A stretch of 64,000 nucleotides of DNA from Geobacteraceae bacterium (GTDB lineage Bacteria; Desulfobacterota; Desulfuromonadia; Geobacterales; Geobacteraceae): assembly GCA_017861285.1 (NCBI GenBank), contig JAGFXO010000001.1:115-64114 (forward strand), in the 5' to 3' direction. A program made the translations under genes and the position numbers. Positions 40,670-51,135 of this stretch are shown piece after piece (position 1 is the stretch's first letter; the number at the start of each line of letters is the position of its first letter). Under the pieces are notes generated by a model. The model was given only the letters and a program-made list of their open reading frames with translations, searched no databases and had not been told where the DNA came from.

Positions 40670-41701
40670 ATGTTCAAAAACTTTTTCAGGACTATTCTCA
40701 TCTGTTCTGCCCTTATCACGGCTGCACTGGCCGGCCGGGCCTCGGCCGCAACTCTCGTCAACGGGGCCGGCGCGACATTTCCCTACCCACTCTATTCGAA
40801 ATGGTTCAGTGAATACGCCAAAATCGATCCTTCCGTCAAGTTCAACTACCAGTCGATCGGCAGCGGCGGCGGCATCAAACAGACCCTGGCCCGGACTGTC
40901 GATTTCGGCGCCACCGACAAGTTTCTGACCGATGCGCAGCTAAAGTCGGCACCCGGCAAGATCCTGCACATCCCCACAGTGATGGGTGCCGTCGTCGTTA
41001 CCTACAACATCCCCGGCATCGGCAAAGGATTGAGACTGACCCCTGATGTGCTGGCAGACATTTACCTCGGCAAGATAACCAAGTGGAACGACCCGAGAAT
41101 TGTTTCCGTGAACAAGGGGCTGAAACTTCCCGCAAACGCCATCGTTGTCGTCCATCGCTCCGACGGCAGCGGCACTTCCGCTATCTTTACCGACTATCTT
41201 TCCAGTGTCAGCGCTGACTGGAAACGCAAGGTGGGCATGGGCGCTTCCGTCAACTGGCCGGTCGGACTCGGCGGCAAGGGGAATGAAGGTGTCGCAGGGC
41301 AGATCAAGAACGTTAAAAACAGCATCGGATACGTTGAACTTGCCTATGCTTTCGAAAACAAACTGCCATACTCCGCCATTAGAAACGCCAGCGGCAATTT
41401 CGTGGAACCCACCATCAAGTCCACCAGTGCCGCCGCTGCGGGAGCAGCGAAAAGCATGCCCGCCGATTTCAGGATATCCCTGGTCAACCAGCCGGGAAAA
41501 GACACCTACCCTATCGTCGGTTTCACCTGGCTGCTTGTCTACCAGCAGCAGAAGGATGCCGTCAAGGGAAGAAAACTGGTCGAGTTCCTCAACTGGGAAC
41601 TGAAAAAGGGGCAGAAAATGGCGGCCGCAATCCTGTACGCCCCGCTCCCCGAGAAGGTGGTCAAAATGGTTGAAAATACCATAAAAACCATCAAATATTA
41701 A
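40670..41701 (+). CDS. pstS: Phosphate ABC transporter substrate-binding protein
   Basis: 343 aa with a signal peptide and GAGATFP, SGGG and DGSGT motifs. Confidence 0.95.
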   Translation: MFKNFFRTILICSALITAALAGRASAATLVNGAGATFPYPLYSKWFSEYAKIDPSVKFNYQSIGSGGGIKQTLARTVDFGATDKFLTDAQLKSAPGKILHIPTVMGAVVVTYNIPGIGKGLRLTPDVLADIYLGKITKWNDPRIVSVNKGLKLPANAIVVVHRSDGSGTSAIFTDYLSSVSADWKRKVGMGASVNWPVGLGGKGNEGVAGQIKNVKNSIGYVELAYAFENKLPYSAIRNASGNFVEPTIKSTSAAAAGAAKSMPADFRISLVNQPGKDTYPIVGFTWLLVYQQQKDAVKGRKLVEFLNWELKKGQKMAAAILYAPLPEKVVKMVENTIKTIKY

Positions 41702-41732
41702 TACATTCACCAAGCAACCGGGTCTCTTTTGA

Positions 41733-41758
41733 GGGCGGTCAATCGGACCGCCCTTTTC
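41733..41758 (+). terminator. Intra-operon hairpin/attenuating terminator after pstS
   Basis: Stem GGGCGGTC/GACCGCCC with a 5-nt loop, followed by TTTTC. Confidence 0.6.
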
Positions 41759-41807
41759 ACGGAAAACGTTTTTTTTTCAGACTTCGAAAGTGATAATGGA
41801 ATAAGCG

Positions 41808-42809
41808 ATGGAAAAAGAAAGCTCGACCGGTCGCAAGGCAGTTTCTGCTGAACAATCGGTATCGCAGACACGGTCCATGAAAAAAATTCTCAGTGGTGAT
41901 TCAATTTTCAAGGGAATTACCATCTGCTTTGCGCTGAGTATACTATTCATACTGCTTTTAATGGTATATGAAATGGGCAGAGAGAGTTTCCCTTCTATCC
42001 GACAATTCGGCTTGAAATTTATCACCAGCAGTACTTGGGATGCCGTTGCGGAGGATTTCGGGGCGCTTCCATTTATTTACGGCTCAGTCATTTCCTCCCT
42101 GCTCGCACTGCTCCTTGCTACGCCCCTCAGTGTCGGCACGGCAATCTTTGTAACCGAGATCAGCCAGAAAAGGATTGGCGGCATTATCTCGGCACTGGTT
42201 GAACTTCTGGCTGCAATTCCAAGTGTCATTTACGGCCTTTGGGGTGTCCTTGTCATGGCGCCCTGGCTGCAGCGCTCAGTCCAGCCGTTTCTCATCGATC
42301 ATTTCGGCTACCTCCCCTTTTTCCAGGGGGCGCCTTACGGGGTGAGCATGATGGCTGCGGTCATCATCCTGATGATCATGATCGTCCCGATCATTACCTC
42401 CATATCCAAGGAGGTACTCATGGCAATACCCCAGAGCCAGCGTGAGGCTGCGGTTGCTCTGGGCGCCACCCGCTGGGAGATGATCCGCATGGCCGTCCTT
42501 CCATACGGACGTTCAGGCATTCTCGGCGCGGTAATCCTCGGGCTCGGGCGTGCCATAGGGGAGACAATGGCGGTGACCATGGTGATCGGCAATACGCCGC
42601 AGATATCGTTGTCTCTTCTCAGCCCGGCTTATACAATGCCCAGCGTAATTGCGAACGAATTTGCCGAGACGACCACCAGGATGCACTCGGCAGCACTTAT
42701 GGAGATTGGACTCATCCTTCTTGCGGTTACGCTGCTTGTCAATGTTCTGGCCAGACTGCTGGTATGGAGTGTCACCCGCGGAACAGCAGGTGGGGGGAGA
42801 ATCCAGTGA
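41808..42809 (+). CDS. pstC: Phosphate ABC transporter permease
   Basis: 333 aa polytopic protein with the EAA-loop region (REAAVALGATRWE). Confidence 0.9.
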   Translation: MEKESSTGRKAVSAEQSVSQTRSMKKILSGDSIFKGITICFALSILFILLLMVYEMGRESFPSIRQFGLKFITSSTWDAVAEDFGALPFIYGSVISSLLALLLATPLSVGTAIFVTEISQKRIGGIISALVELLAAIPSVIYGLWGVLVMAPWLQRSVQPFLIDHFGYLPFFQGAPYGVSMMAAVIILMIMIVPIITSISKEVLMAIPQSQREAAVALGATRWEMIRMAVLPYGRSGILGAVILGLGRAIGETMAVTMVIGNTPQISLSLLSPAYTMPSVIANEFAETTTRMHSAALMEIGLILLAVTLLVNVLARLLVWSVTRGTAGGGRIQ

Positions 42810-43639
42810 AACAAGTGAACATTCGCTCCGCGAAAAATCTGGTGATGACCTTTTTGATGTTTTCTGCAACGGTCGCTGTTCTCATTCCCCTCGCAATAAT
42901 TTTCATTCATATTGCCAAAATGGGATTCAGTTCGATAAGCCTTGATTTCTTCACCAGCATACCCAAACCGACCGGGGAAACCGGCGGCGGAATGGCAAAC
43001 GGCATCGTCGGTTCGGGTGTCCTGATTGCCATGGCATCCGCCATCGGACTTCCGATAGGAATTTTCGGGGCCATCTACCTTGTAGAATACGGCGGTGGGA
43101 AGCTCTCCTCTATCATCCGCTTTGCAGCCGATGTATTGAACGGAATTCCGTCAATCATAACCGGGATGGTTGCATACACGCTGATTGTTGTGCCGATGAA
43201 GGGGTTTTCCGCATTAGCGGGAGCCGTGGCACTGGCGCTCATCATGATACCGATCGTTCTTCGTACCGCGGAGGAACAGTTGAAAATGGTGCCCAACTCT
43301 CTACGAGAGGCATCCCTGGCGCTTGGTGTTCCCCTGTGGCGTACGACATTCAGGGTAACACTGAGAAGTGCGCTGAAGGGTGTTGCCACCGGTGTGCTGC
43401 TGGCCATCGCCCGCATTGCCGGAGAAACCGCGCCGCTTCTCTTTACAGCATTGGGGAACATGTTCTGGAGCAAAAAACTGACCGAACCGATTGCCGCGAT
43501 GCCCCTGCAGATTTTCAATTTCGCCATCTCTCCTTATGAAGACTGGCATCGCCTGGCATGGGCCGGTGCCCTGGTGCTGGTGATGTTCATGTTCACCATC
43601 AGCCTGGCCACACGGTATTTCAGCAGGCAGAGGAATTAA
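42806..43639 (+). CDS. pstA: Phosphate ABC transporter permease
   Basis: A GTG start overlaps the pstC stop (GTGA). EAA-loop region REASLALGVPLW. Confidence 0.9.
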   Translation: MKQVNIRSAKNLVMTFLMFSATVAVLIPLAIIFIHIAKMGFSSISLDFFTSIPKPTGETGGGMANGIVGSGVLIAMASAIGLPIGIFGAIYLVEYGGGKLSSIIRFAADVLNGIPSIITGMVAYTLIVVPMKGFSALAGAVALALIMIPIVLRTAEEQLKMVPNSLREASLALGVPLWRTTFRVTLRSALKGVATGVLLAIARIAGETAPLLFTALGNMFWSKKLTEPIAAMPLQIFNFAISPYEDWHRLAWAGALVLVMFMFTISLATRYFSRQRN

Positions 43640-43692
43640 CTATCCTGCCGGATAACAAGAGCACAGAGTATTAAAGAATTACAGAGGACGAC

Positions 43693-44451
43693 ATGGGCAT
43701 AAAATTAAAGCTTGAAGGTGTGAATGTATTTTTTGGCAACAACCGGGCGGTAAAGGACGTCAATATCGATTTTCATGCCAATATGGTGACCGCGATCATC
43801 GGTCCTTCCGGCTGCGGCAAATCTACCGTCCTTCGCAGCATCAACCGCATGCACGACATGGTCCCTTCAGCCCGGGTTACCGGCAAAATACTTCTTGACC
43901 AGACTGACATCTACGAAAAGAATGCTGACCCGGTATCAATCCGGAGGAGAATAGGGATGGTTTTTCAGAAGCCGAACCCCTTCCCGGCCATGTCCATCTA
44001 CGATAACGTCATAGCCGGGTACAAGTTGAACGGCCGGGCGAACAGGCAAGAATCCGATGAAATCGTGGAGGGAAGCCTGAAGCGCGTTGCCCTCTGGGAT
44101 GAGGTCAAGGACCGCCTGAAGAAAAGCGCCATGGAATTATCCGGCGGACAGCAGCAGAGGCTGTGCATCGCCAGGACCATTGCCGTCAGGCCTGAAGTCA
44201 TCCTCATGGATGAGCCCTGTTCAGCACTCGATCCCATCGCCACTGCCAAGATCGAGGAGTTGATCAACGAGTTGAAGGAACAGTACACAGTCGCCATCGT
44301 TACCCACAACATGCAGCAGGCGGCCCGTGTTTCCGATTATACGGCTTTTTTGTACCTGGGGGAGTTGATAGAGTTCGACAGAACCGGTAAAATTTTCACC
44401 AATCCCGAGAAGAAGCACACCGAGGATTATATTACCGGACGGTTCGGGTAG
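43693..44451 (+). CDS. pstB: Phosphate ABC transporter ATP-binding protein
   Basis: 252 aa. Walker [10 protein letters not shown] and signature [13 protein letters not shown]. Confidence 0.95.
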   Translation: MGIKLKLEGVNVFFGNNRAVKDVNIDFHANMVTAIIGPSGCGKSTVLRSINRMHDMVPSARVTGKILLDQTDIYEKNADPVSIRRRIGMVFQKPNPFPAMSIYDNVIAGYKLNGRANRQESDEIVEGSLKRVALWDEVKDRLKKSAMELSGGQQQRLCIARTIAVRPEVILMDEPCSALDPIATAKIEELINELKEQYTVAIVTHNMQQAARVSDYTAFLYLGELIEFDRTGKIFTNPEKKHTEDYITGRFG

Positions 44452-44460
44452 TCAGGTTAT

Positions 44461-44495
44461 AAGTTTTGATTTTTCAATTTTGAGTTTTGAGTTTT
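44461..44495 (+). repeat. Five tandem heptamers NNRTTTT in the pstB-phoU spacer
   Basis: AAGTTTT GATTTTT CAATTTT GAGTTTT GAGTTTT, read directly. Immediately followed by a GC hairpin at 44500-44520. Confidence 0.6.
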
Positions 44496-44569
44496 AGCTG
44501 CGGCCCGGGCTTCGGGTTGCGGACATCGAAGATGCACTTATCCATAATAATTTTCGCTTGGGGTAATGA

Positions 44570-45265
44570 ATGGAAAGAGAACATATTGTCAAACAGTACG
44601 ATACGGAGTTGAACGAGATCCGTGAGAAACTGCTCGAGATGGGCGGGAAGGTGGAGATGATGATCTCCAACTCGGTGAAAGCCCTTGTCGACAGGGACTC
44701 GGAGCTTGCAGATCAAACTATCATTCTGGATCATGAAATTAATCATCTTGAAGTCGACACGGATGAAAGATGCCTGGAAGTGCTTGCGCGGTGGCAACCC
44801 ACTGCGCGCGATCTTCGTTTCATAACCCTGGCGCTGAAAATCGTCACCGACCTGGAAAGAATCGGCGATCAGTGTGTCAGCATTGCCACCAGAGTCAAGG
44901 AACTGAATGAGGAACCTCCCTTGAAGCCCTATATCGATCTTCCACGTCTGGCTGAAGCCTCAAGCATTATGGTGAAAGAAGCGCTGGACGCCTTTGTCCG
45001 TGGAGACGAACAGCTGGCCATGAAGGTCTGTAATGACGATCAGTTTGTCGACGACCTTAACATCCAGATTCAACGGGAACTCCTGACCTTCATGATGGAA
45101 GACCCCTCCACCATCACCCGCGCGCTGAAACTCAACTATATCTCGAAATACCTGGAGAGGATTGCCGACCATTCGACCAACGTTGCCGAAATGGTCATAT
45201 TTATGGTCAAGGGAAAGGACATACGGCATACCTCCGCGCCGCAGAGCACGTTAGAAGGACAGTAG
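44570..45265 (+). CDS. phoU: Phosphate signalling modulator PhoU
   Basis: 231 aa with two PhoU repeats (LERIGDQ and LERIADH). Confidence 0.9.
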   Translation: MEREHIVKQYDTELNEIREKLLEMGGKVEMMISNSVKALVDRDSELADQTIILDHEINHLEVDTDERCLEVLARWQPTARDLRFITLALKIVTDLERIGDQCVSIATRVKELNEEPPLKPYIDLPRLAEASSIMVKEALDAFVRGDEQLAMKVCNDDQFVDDLNIQIQRELLTFMMEDPSTITRALKLNYISKYLERIADHSTNVAEMVIFMVKGKDIRHTSAPQSTLEGQ

Positions 45266-45366
45266 ATGACACTTTCTTTCCCTTGAAAAAACCGGAAGGT
45301 CACCCTGGAGGGTGGTGCCAGGACCGGTATGAGGTCTACCGATCGGGAAGCTTTTAATTGCAAGTT

Positions 45367-45774
45367 TTATCTATTTCCCGGGATTATCTTTACGGCAACC
45401 TTCCTGTTGCTCCTGGGGCCATCGAATTCACAAAAATAAATCGCTTGCCAGGTTCCCAGGAGAATATCACCCTCTTCGATGAAAATCGTTTGGGACACAC
45501 CTACGAGGGTTGATTTTACATGGGCGTCGGAATTGCCTTCACCATGGGAAAAGGGGTAGGAAACCGGCACCAGCTTGTTCAGGAAACAGATGATATCGCG
45601 CTGCACATCCGGGTCCGCCCCTTCATTGATGGTTATTCCGGCCGTCGTATGAAAGGTGAACACCTGGCATACGCCGTCGCGCACCCTCGACTTCCGGACC
45701 AGCGCACGTACTTCGGCGGTTATGTCGATTGTCTCGGTGCGTGAGCGACTGTCAACCTTAATATACTGTATCAT
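45367..45774 (-). CDS. yjbQ: YjbQ/UPF0047 family protein (secondary thiamine-phosphate synthase)
   Basis: About 135 aa from the ATG at 45774. HTTAGITINE and SHV/H motif pattern. Confidence 0.85.
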   Translation of the reverse strand: MIQYIKVDSRSRTETIDITAEVRALVRKSRVRDGVCQVFTFHTTAGITINEGADPDVQRDIICFLNKLVPVSYPFSHGEGNSDAHVKSTLVGVSQTIFIEEGDILLGTWQAIYFCEFDGPRSNRKVAVKIIPGNR

Positions 45775-45866
45775 TTCACCTGCTCCTGTCAGTATGCCGT
45801 CAGAAGGTACCGGCTCAATCCTCCACCGTAAAAAAAGAAGCAAACAAAAACCGGGAAAAGCATACT

Positions 45867-46349
45867 CTACAGCTTATACCCGATCTTCCTCAGCAGCGAC
45901 TTCCGGTTTTCCCGGTCCTCCGGGGTTTCCACACCCTTCGGCGGGAACCCGTCGACCACCCCGAGAACCCCCCTGCCCTGCCCGGTGCCCGCCACGAGCA
46001 CTTCCAGGGGATTGGCGGTCGCACAGAAAACCCGGCAGACCTCCGGGCAATTTTTCACCTGGTTGAGGATATTGATGGGATATGCGTTCTTCAACAGAAC
46101 GCAGAAAACATGCCCCGCACCAATCTCCCCGACAGTGTCAGCGCACAGGCGAACCAGTTCCTCATCATTTCCTTCCGTGCGGACCAGGCAGGGGCCTGAA
46201 GCCTCGGTAAATGCTATGCCGAATCGGGCCTGGGGAACTGTGGTTGCTATTATCTCGTGCAGGTCCTCCGCTGTTTTGATGAAGTGCGTCTGCCCGAGAA
46301 TGACGTTGCACCCCTCCGGTATTTCCACCCGAATTGCCTGAATTTCCAT
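45867..46349 (-). CDS. Adenosine-specific kinase family protein (PF04008-like)
   Basis: 160 aa from the ATG at 46349 (AAGGAG RBS). GQTHFIKT...FCATANP pattern. Confidence 0.75.
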   Translation of the reverse strand: MEIQAIRVEIPEGCNVILGQTHFIKTAEDLHEIIATTVPQARFGIAFTEASGPCLVRTEGNDEELVRLCADTVGEIGAGHVFCVLLKNAYPINILNQVKNCPEVCRVFCATANPLEVLVAGTGQGRGVLGVVDGFPPKGVETPEDRENRKSLLRKIGYKL

Positions 46350-46547
46350 GCAGGTCTCCTTTCCGGCACGCAGCTTCAAGATCGAAAATGCGTGCAACGT
46401 ATCGTGATGCCATCAGAATGCCATACGTTTAAAGTGTAGCAGACGATTTCACGAGAGATAATGTAAATCTGAAAATAATTGAGGACGATGCAAAAATGCC
46501 ATCGCTGCCGAAGGGTTGTTTCCCCAACCAAATAGGCTATTATTTTC

Positions 46548-47411
46548 ATGAAGGCAATGAAAGAAGAACGGGGTACAAAGCCGGTGCGGTTCGATTTCGC
46601 AGCATACGCCCTGCCCGGGGAACTCGACCTCAACAACCTTGCGGCAGGGTTCGGCATCACCAGGAGATACCGGTGGGAAGAACCGATGGTGCTCTGCCCG
46701 ATACATCTCAAACCGCTACCAACGGATAGATATGAAACGACACAGGTATATCTGTACTATTTCGGAGGAATTGTTTTTATAAATTGCCCCGAAGAAATAA
46801 TCAGCAATTTTTTTCTCAGGGTGGAGAGTATCTCGCATGAGATGCGGGGCCATCGAAACACACCATTCAGGGATAATTATTCTCTCGAAATCGATGCTGA
46901 AGCAAAGCCTTCCATAACGAACGACTCCTCCATCATGCCCACCTATGACCCGGCTTTCATCGATATCATCTGCTTTGTCATCGCCAAGTCGGTGGCTCTT
47001 GAACGGATCGAGGAAAAGGTAGACACGGTTCTCGATGAAATGGAAGGATTTATCGGCCTGCTCGGTCTCGGTAAATTGGGGATTCCGGACAAAAAGCTGG
47101 CAAAACTTGCATCGACAATCCTCGGATTCAAATACCGGTCACTGGCCCATATCATGGTGCTGGACAAGCCGGATGTGACCTGGGACAACCTGGAAGCGGA
47201 CAGGCTTTACCAGACTATGGCAAACCTCTTTGAACTGAACCAGCGCTACTCCGAAATCAGGCATAAATCCGAAACCCTGATGGACATTGCCGAGGTATTC
47301 AGCAGCCTCAGTCACGCCAGAAGAGCCGCCCGCCTCGAACTGGCGATCATCATACTGATTCTCATCGAAATCATACTGTATATTTTCGAGATTCTCTGGA
47401 AACCGGCATGA
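46548..47411 (+). CDS. RMD1/DUF155 family protein
   Basis: 287 aa soluble domain ending in one C-terminal TM helix (LAIIILILIEIILYIFEIL). Confidence 0.7.
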   Translation: MKAMKEERGTKPVRFDFAAYALPGELDLNNLAAGFGITRRYRWEEPMVLCPIHLKPLPTDRYETTQVYLYYFGGIVFINCPEEIISNFFLRVESISHEMRGHRNTPFRDNYSLEIDAEAKPSITNDSSIMPTYDPAFIDIICFVIAKSVALERIEEKVDTVLDEMEGFIGLLGLGKLGIPDKKLAKLASTILGFKYRSLAHIMVLDKPDVTWDNLEADRLYQTMANLFELNQRYSEIRHKSETLMDIAEVFSSLSHARRAARLELAIIILILIEIILYIFEILWKPA

Positions 47412-47441
47412 GGCTTCAGGAATGCACATACCTTTTTCATA

Positions 47442-47463
47442 CTCTCCCCGTGGAGAGGTTTTG
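47442..47463 (+). terminator. Weak hairpin plus T-run after the RMD1-like gene
   Basis: CTCTCC / CCGT / GGAGAG, followed by GTTTTG. Confidence 0.35.
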
Positions 47464-47479
47464 ACTGTATGAGCATCTT

Positions 47480-48043
47480 TTATTTATTGCTTTCCTGCAA
47501 AGCTTTCCTGGACCAGACCACGACATACTGAATGCCTGAAATGACGGATGTGAGAAAAACGAGGACGAACAATGCGGGGAGCCATGTTGCCAGGGTCATC
47601 ATTCCCGACGCCTGGCAGAGCACCAGGAATATCAGCATTACCTGCAGAAACGTATTGACCTTGCTCACAATTGTGGGAGCCATGTCAACATGACCGATTG
47701 CACAGCGCCACGCAATGGCGCCACCGGCAATAATCAGGTCCCGGCAGACGACCACAATCATGAGCCATATGGGCAGCAGGCCCTGAAGGAAAAGGGCGAA
47801 CACCATTGACACGACGAGAACTTTGTCCGCAATGGGGTCGAGAGTCGCTCCCAGTTCGGTGCGCATATCGAATCGTCTGGCAATGAAACCGTCCAACGCA
47901 TCACTAATGCCGGCAAGGAGGAAAAGCCATAATGCGCTTTGAAAGTTCCCCTCGAGCAGTAGATATATGATGAGCGGTACAAGAAGTAACCGCAATAAAG
48001 TTATACTGTTCGGAAGATTCAGAAATCGCACGCTTAGATCCAA
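47480..48043 (-). CDS. pgsA: CDP-alcohol phosphatidyltransferase (PgsA-like)
   Basis: DALDGFIARR...GATLDPIADK motif and a multi-TM profile. Confidence 0.85.
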   Translation of the reverse strand: MDLSVRFLNLPNSITLLRLLLVPLIIYLLLEGNFQSALWLFLLAGISDALDGFIARRFDMRTELGATLDPIADKVLVVSMVFALFLQGLLPIWLMIVVVCRDLIIAGGAIAWRCAIGHVDMAPTIVSKVNTFLQVMLIFLVLCQASGMMTLATWLPALFVLVFLTSVISGIQYVVVWSRKALQESNK

Positions 48044-48134
48044 ATGATTTTTTGGGTAAACTTGTTCGACCGCAAGTTCTTTCGATCGGCAGGAACAGAT
48101 AAAAAGCTTTTTATAAGTGCAACCGCTCCCCTTG

Positions 48135-48965
48135 TCAATCCCTTGCTTTCCCGGAAGGCTTTTTTCCTATTGCATAGACAACTTCATAGGTAGCCGGGAT
48201 CAACCCCCTCTTGCGGAACTCTTTCGCGTAAGCGGCAATCATTTCCTGCATGATCTTCCGGCCAGACAGTCCTCTGCCATGAACCGGAGCGGTGTTACCT
48301 GCACCGATATTCTTCAGCGACCGGAGCAGCAAAGGGACATTTTCATGGTATTCGAGATACTGCTCCGAAACAGCAATGCAACTTTCGAACCCGGCCTGAA
48401 CAAGTGAATCTTCAACTTCACGGGCAGTGCGGAAGGCATGCGTATTATCTTCCCCGAGCTTACCGCAAGTGGCAAGAGCCCTGCGGTAGGATTTTTTCAG
48501 TTCATGCAGGGTACTCTCGCCGAACAGGGAAAAACAGAAAATGCCCCCCGGGTCCAGGACCCTGAATGATTCTTTGAAGGCAGAATCCAGGGTATTGAGC
48601 CATTGAAAAGTCGATGTGGAAATGACGAGATCGAATGCTCCATCGGCAAAGGGGAGATGTTCCGCATCCGCCGACAGGAAATTCGCTGATATTTCCTCCG
48701 GCATTTTTGCCCTTGCCGCCCGACTCATATCGAACGCCAGGTCGATACCGAACAGGGAAGCTGCCGGGAATACCTCTTTCAGGCCGCTCAGGAGCAGTCC
48801 GGTACCTGTCCCCACATCCAGGACTCTTCGCGGCTCCTTTACCCGTTCACATAAAATCTCAAGAAATCGGGCCACAACTCTCTTCTGGACATCGGCGTGC
48901 CTGTCATACTCATCAGCCTGCCTATTGAAAGAGCGTTTCACTTTTTTCTTGTCAATTGTCCCCAT
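48135..48965 (-). CDS. bioC: Malonyl-ACP O-methyltransferase
   Basis: 276 aa class I SAM methyltransferase (VLDVGTGTG). Overlaps the bioH stop, downstream of bioF. Confidence 0.8.
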   Translation of the reverse strand: MGTIDKKKVKRSFNRQADEYDRHADVQKRVVARFLEILCERVKEPRRVLDVGTGTGLLLSGLKEVFPAASLFGIDLAFDMSRAARAKMPEEISANFLSADAEHLPFADGAFDLVISTSTFQWLNTLDSAFKESFRVLDPGGIFCFSLFGESTLHELKKSYRRALATCGKLGEDNTHAFRTAREVEDSLVQAGFESCIAVSEQYLEYHENVPLLLRSLKNIGAGNTAPVHGRGLSGRKIMQEMIAAYAKEFRKRGLIPATYEVVYAIGKKPSGKARD

Positions 48966-49776
48966 ATATTCCCTCCAGGAACATGCGCATCAGAGAGCCG
49001 AAATCCTGGGGTCGCGAAAGAAACGGGGCGTGCCCGGCGCCTTGGATAATCTCCAGGGTTGCACGGGGAATATGCTCTTTCATGTAGAGGGAAGCAGCGG
49101 GCATTGTTACGGCATCCTCGCTTCCGTGGACAAGCAGGACAGGCACGTTTATCCCCGGCAGCAGCATGCGGAGATCTCCGGAAGCCAGGGTATCCAGGCT
49201 TTTCAGGGCTGCTCCGGGATCGGGCAATATCCCGCCTGTTACTGCTTCCCGCAAGAGAGCCGGATACCTTTCACGGAAGAACTCTTCTTCGGCAAACATC
49301 CCGTTGAAGAATTCTTTCATGGTTCTTGCGTAGTTTCGTTTCAACCGCAAAGCCATTCCCCTCGTCTCCATGGGTGAAAGCCCGAACGGATAATCGTCCG
49401 ACATGGTGAACCGGGGTGTTCCACTGACAAAAACCAGTGCTTTCAGGTGCTCTCTGATCCGCTCGAAAACCTGTATTGCAACCTGAACCCCCATGGACCA
49501 GCCTATCAAAACAGCCTCGTACAGATCCAGCTTGCTGAACAATTCCGCTGTATCCGCCGCAAAGTCTTCAAAGGTAAAGGTTCCGGCTGATCCCGACGAT
49601 TTTCCATGGCCCCTCAAATCCATCGTAATAAACCGGTATGACGACGCCAGATCTTCAGCCTGAAACTTCCAGACATTTCCCGACATGGACCAGCCATGGA
49701 TAAAGACGAGGGGGCGGCCTTCACCTATGGATTCATAATGTATACAGACACCTGGGGCAGTTTCGATAAACGGCAT
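48952..49776 (-). CDS. bioH: Alpha/beta hydrolase, probable pimeloyl-ACP methyl ester esterase
   Basis: 274 aa with the GWSMG nucleophile elbow. Sits between bioF and bioC. Confidence 0.7.
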   Translation of the reverse strand: MPFIETAPGVCIHYESIGEGRPLVFIHGWSMSGNVWKFQAEDLASSYRFITMDLRGHGKSSGSAGTFTFEDFAADTAELFSKLDLYEAVLIGWSMGVQVAIQVFERIREHLKALVFVSGTPRFTMSDDYPFGLSPMETRGMALRLKRNYARTMKEFFNGMFAEEEFFRERYPALLREAVTGGILPDPGAALKSLDTLASGDLRMLLPGINVPVLLVHGSEDAVTMPAASLYMKEHIPRATLEIIQGAGHAPFLSRPQDFGSLMRMFLEGIYGDN

Positions 49777-49824
49777 TGCAATCCTTCAACCACTCATTGT
49801 AGAGCAAAGTGAGTAGCATGATCT

Positions 49825-50997
49825 CTAAATGACGCCAACCTCTTTTCCGGCTTCAGTAATGGCCAGGACGGCCTGTTCCAGATCGGCCCTTGTGTGGGTC
49901 GCCATGACAGTGCAGCGTAGACGGCATGAACCTGCCGGTACGGTCGGCGGACGAATACCCTGTACGTAAACGCCGCGGTCAAGAACATTGTTGGAAAATT
50001 CCATGACCGGCTCGGGGTCACCTGCAAAAACCGGCGTAATCTGTGTTTCGCTTCCCATGATGTCAAAGCCGGCATCCTCAAGGGCTGATCTGAAAAAAGC
50101 CGAATTGTCAGAAAGACGCTTGCGCAGGGATGCACCCTCCCGAGAGCAGACAAGCCCTAATGCCGCTATGGATATGGCCAGCACCGCGGGAGGAAGAGAC
50201 GTCGAGAAGATGAAACTCCTGGCCCGGTTGGCCAGATATTCGACGATATCCCGAGAAGCGGCCGCATATGCTCCGAAACTGCCGAGTGCCTTGCCCAGGG
50301 TACCCATATGAATATCTATTTCGGGAAGAAGCCCGAAATGCTCGGCGGTACCCCTGCCCGTCGTCCCGAGCACACCGGTGCCATGGGCATCGTCCACCAT
50401 CAGCAGAGCCCCGAACTCTTTTTTCAAGGCGACAAGCTCGGGCAGAGGTGCCAGGTCCCCATCCATGCTGAACACACCATCGGTCACAATAAAACGTCGG
50501 CCATCCGTTTCATTTTCCACCAGCAGCTGCCTCAAGGCGGCAACATTATTATGCGGATACCTGACAAGCCTGGCCCGGGAAAGGAGACAACCATCGATGA
50601 TGCTGGCATGATTCAGCCGGTCGCAAAAGATAATGTCTCCCTTCCCCGTCAGAGCCGGGATTATTCCCGTGTTGGCAGCATAGCCGGAATTGAATATGAG
50701 CGCGGCTTCCGTTCCTTTGAAACGGGCAATACATGTTTCAAGTTCCTCATGCAGCTCCATGGTTCCCGAAACAAGGCGCGAGGCGGCACTCGATACTCCG
50801 TATTTCTCCACAGCCCGTATTGCGGCATCCTTGAGAAGTGGATGATCAGCCAGCCCCAGATAATTATTGGAGCACAACATGATCACTTCATCTCCGTCAA
50901 GCACCACGCGACTCTGCTGGGCACCTTTCACAAGGCGCATGGTGCGGTAAAGCCCTTGCTTTTTCAACAAATCCAGTTCTTCGCGAAAGGTAGTCAA
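49825..50997 (-). CDS. bioF: 8-amino-7-oxononanoate synthase
   Basis: 390 aa PLP class II aminotransferase fold, with DDAHG and the TLGKALG lysine motif. Confidence 0.9.
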   Translation of the reverse strand: MTTFREELDLLKKQGLYRTMRLVKGAQQSRVVLDGDEVIMLCSNNYLGLADHPLLKDAAIRAVEKYGVSSAASRLVSGTMELHEELETCIARFKGTEAALIFNSGYAANTGIIPALTGKGDIIFCDRLNHASIIDGCLLSRARLVRYPHNNVAALRQLLVENETDGRRFIVTDGVFSMDGDLAPLPELVALKKEFGALLMVDDAHGTGVLGTTGRGTAEHFGLLPEIDIHMGTLGKALGSFGAYAAASRDIVEYLANRARSFIFSTSLPPAVLAISIAALGLVCSREGASLRKRLSDNSAFFRSALEDAGFDIMGSETQITPVFAGDPEPVMEFSNNVLDRGVYVQGIRPPTVPAGSCRLRCTVMATHTRADLEQAVLAITEAGKEVGVI

Positions 50998-51135
50998 TGA
51001 TTTTGTACTCCTTTTATCACCAGTATCATATTTTCAATAAAATCGTCAACCAGGTACATCGCTCAAGTTAACGAACTCTCCAGGCGCACAATCCGACACT
51101 CACGGACCGAAGAGACTATCCTGTCCAGGGGTTAA

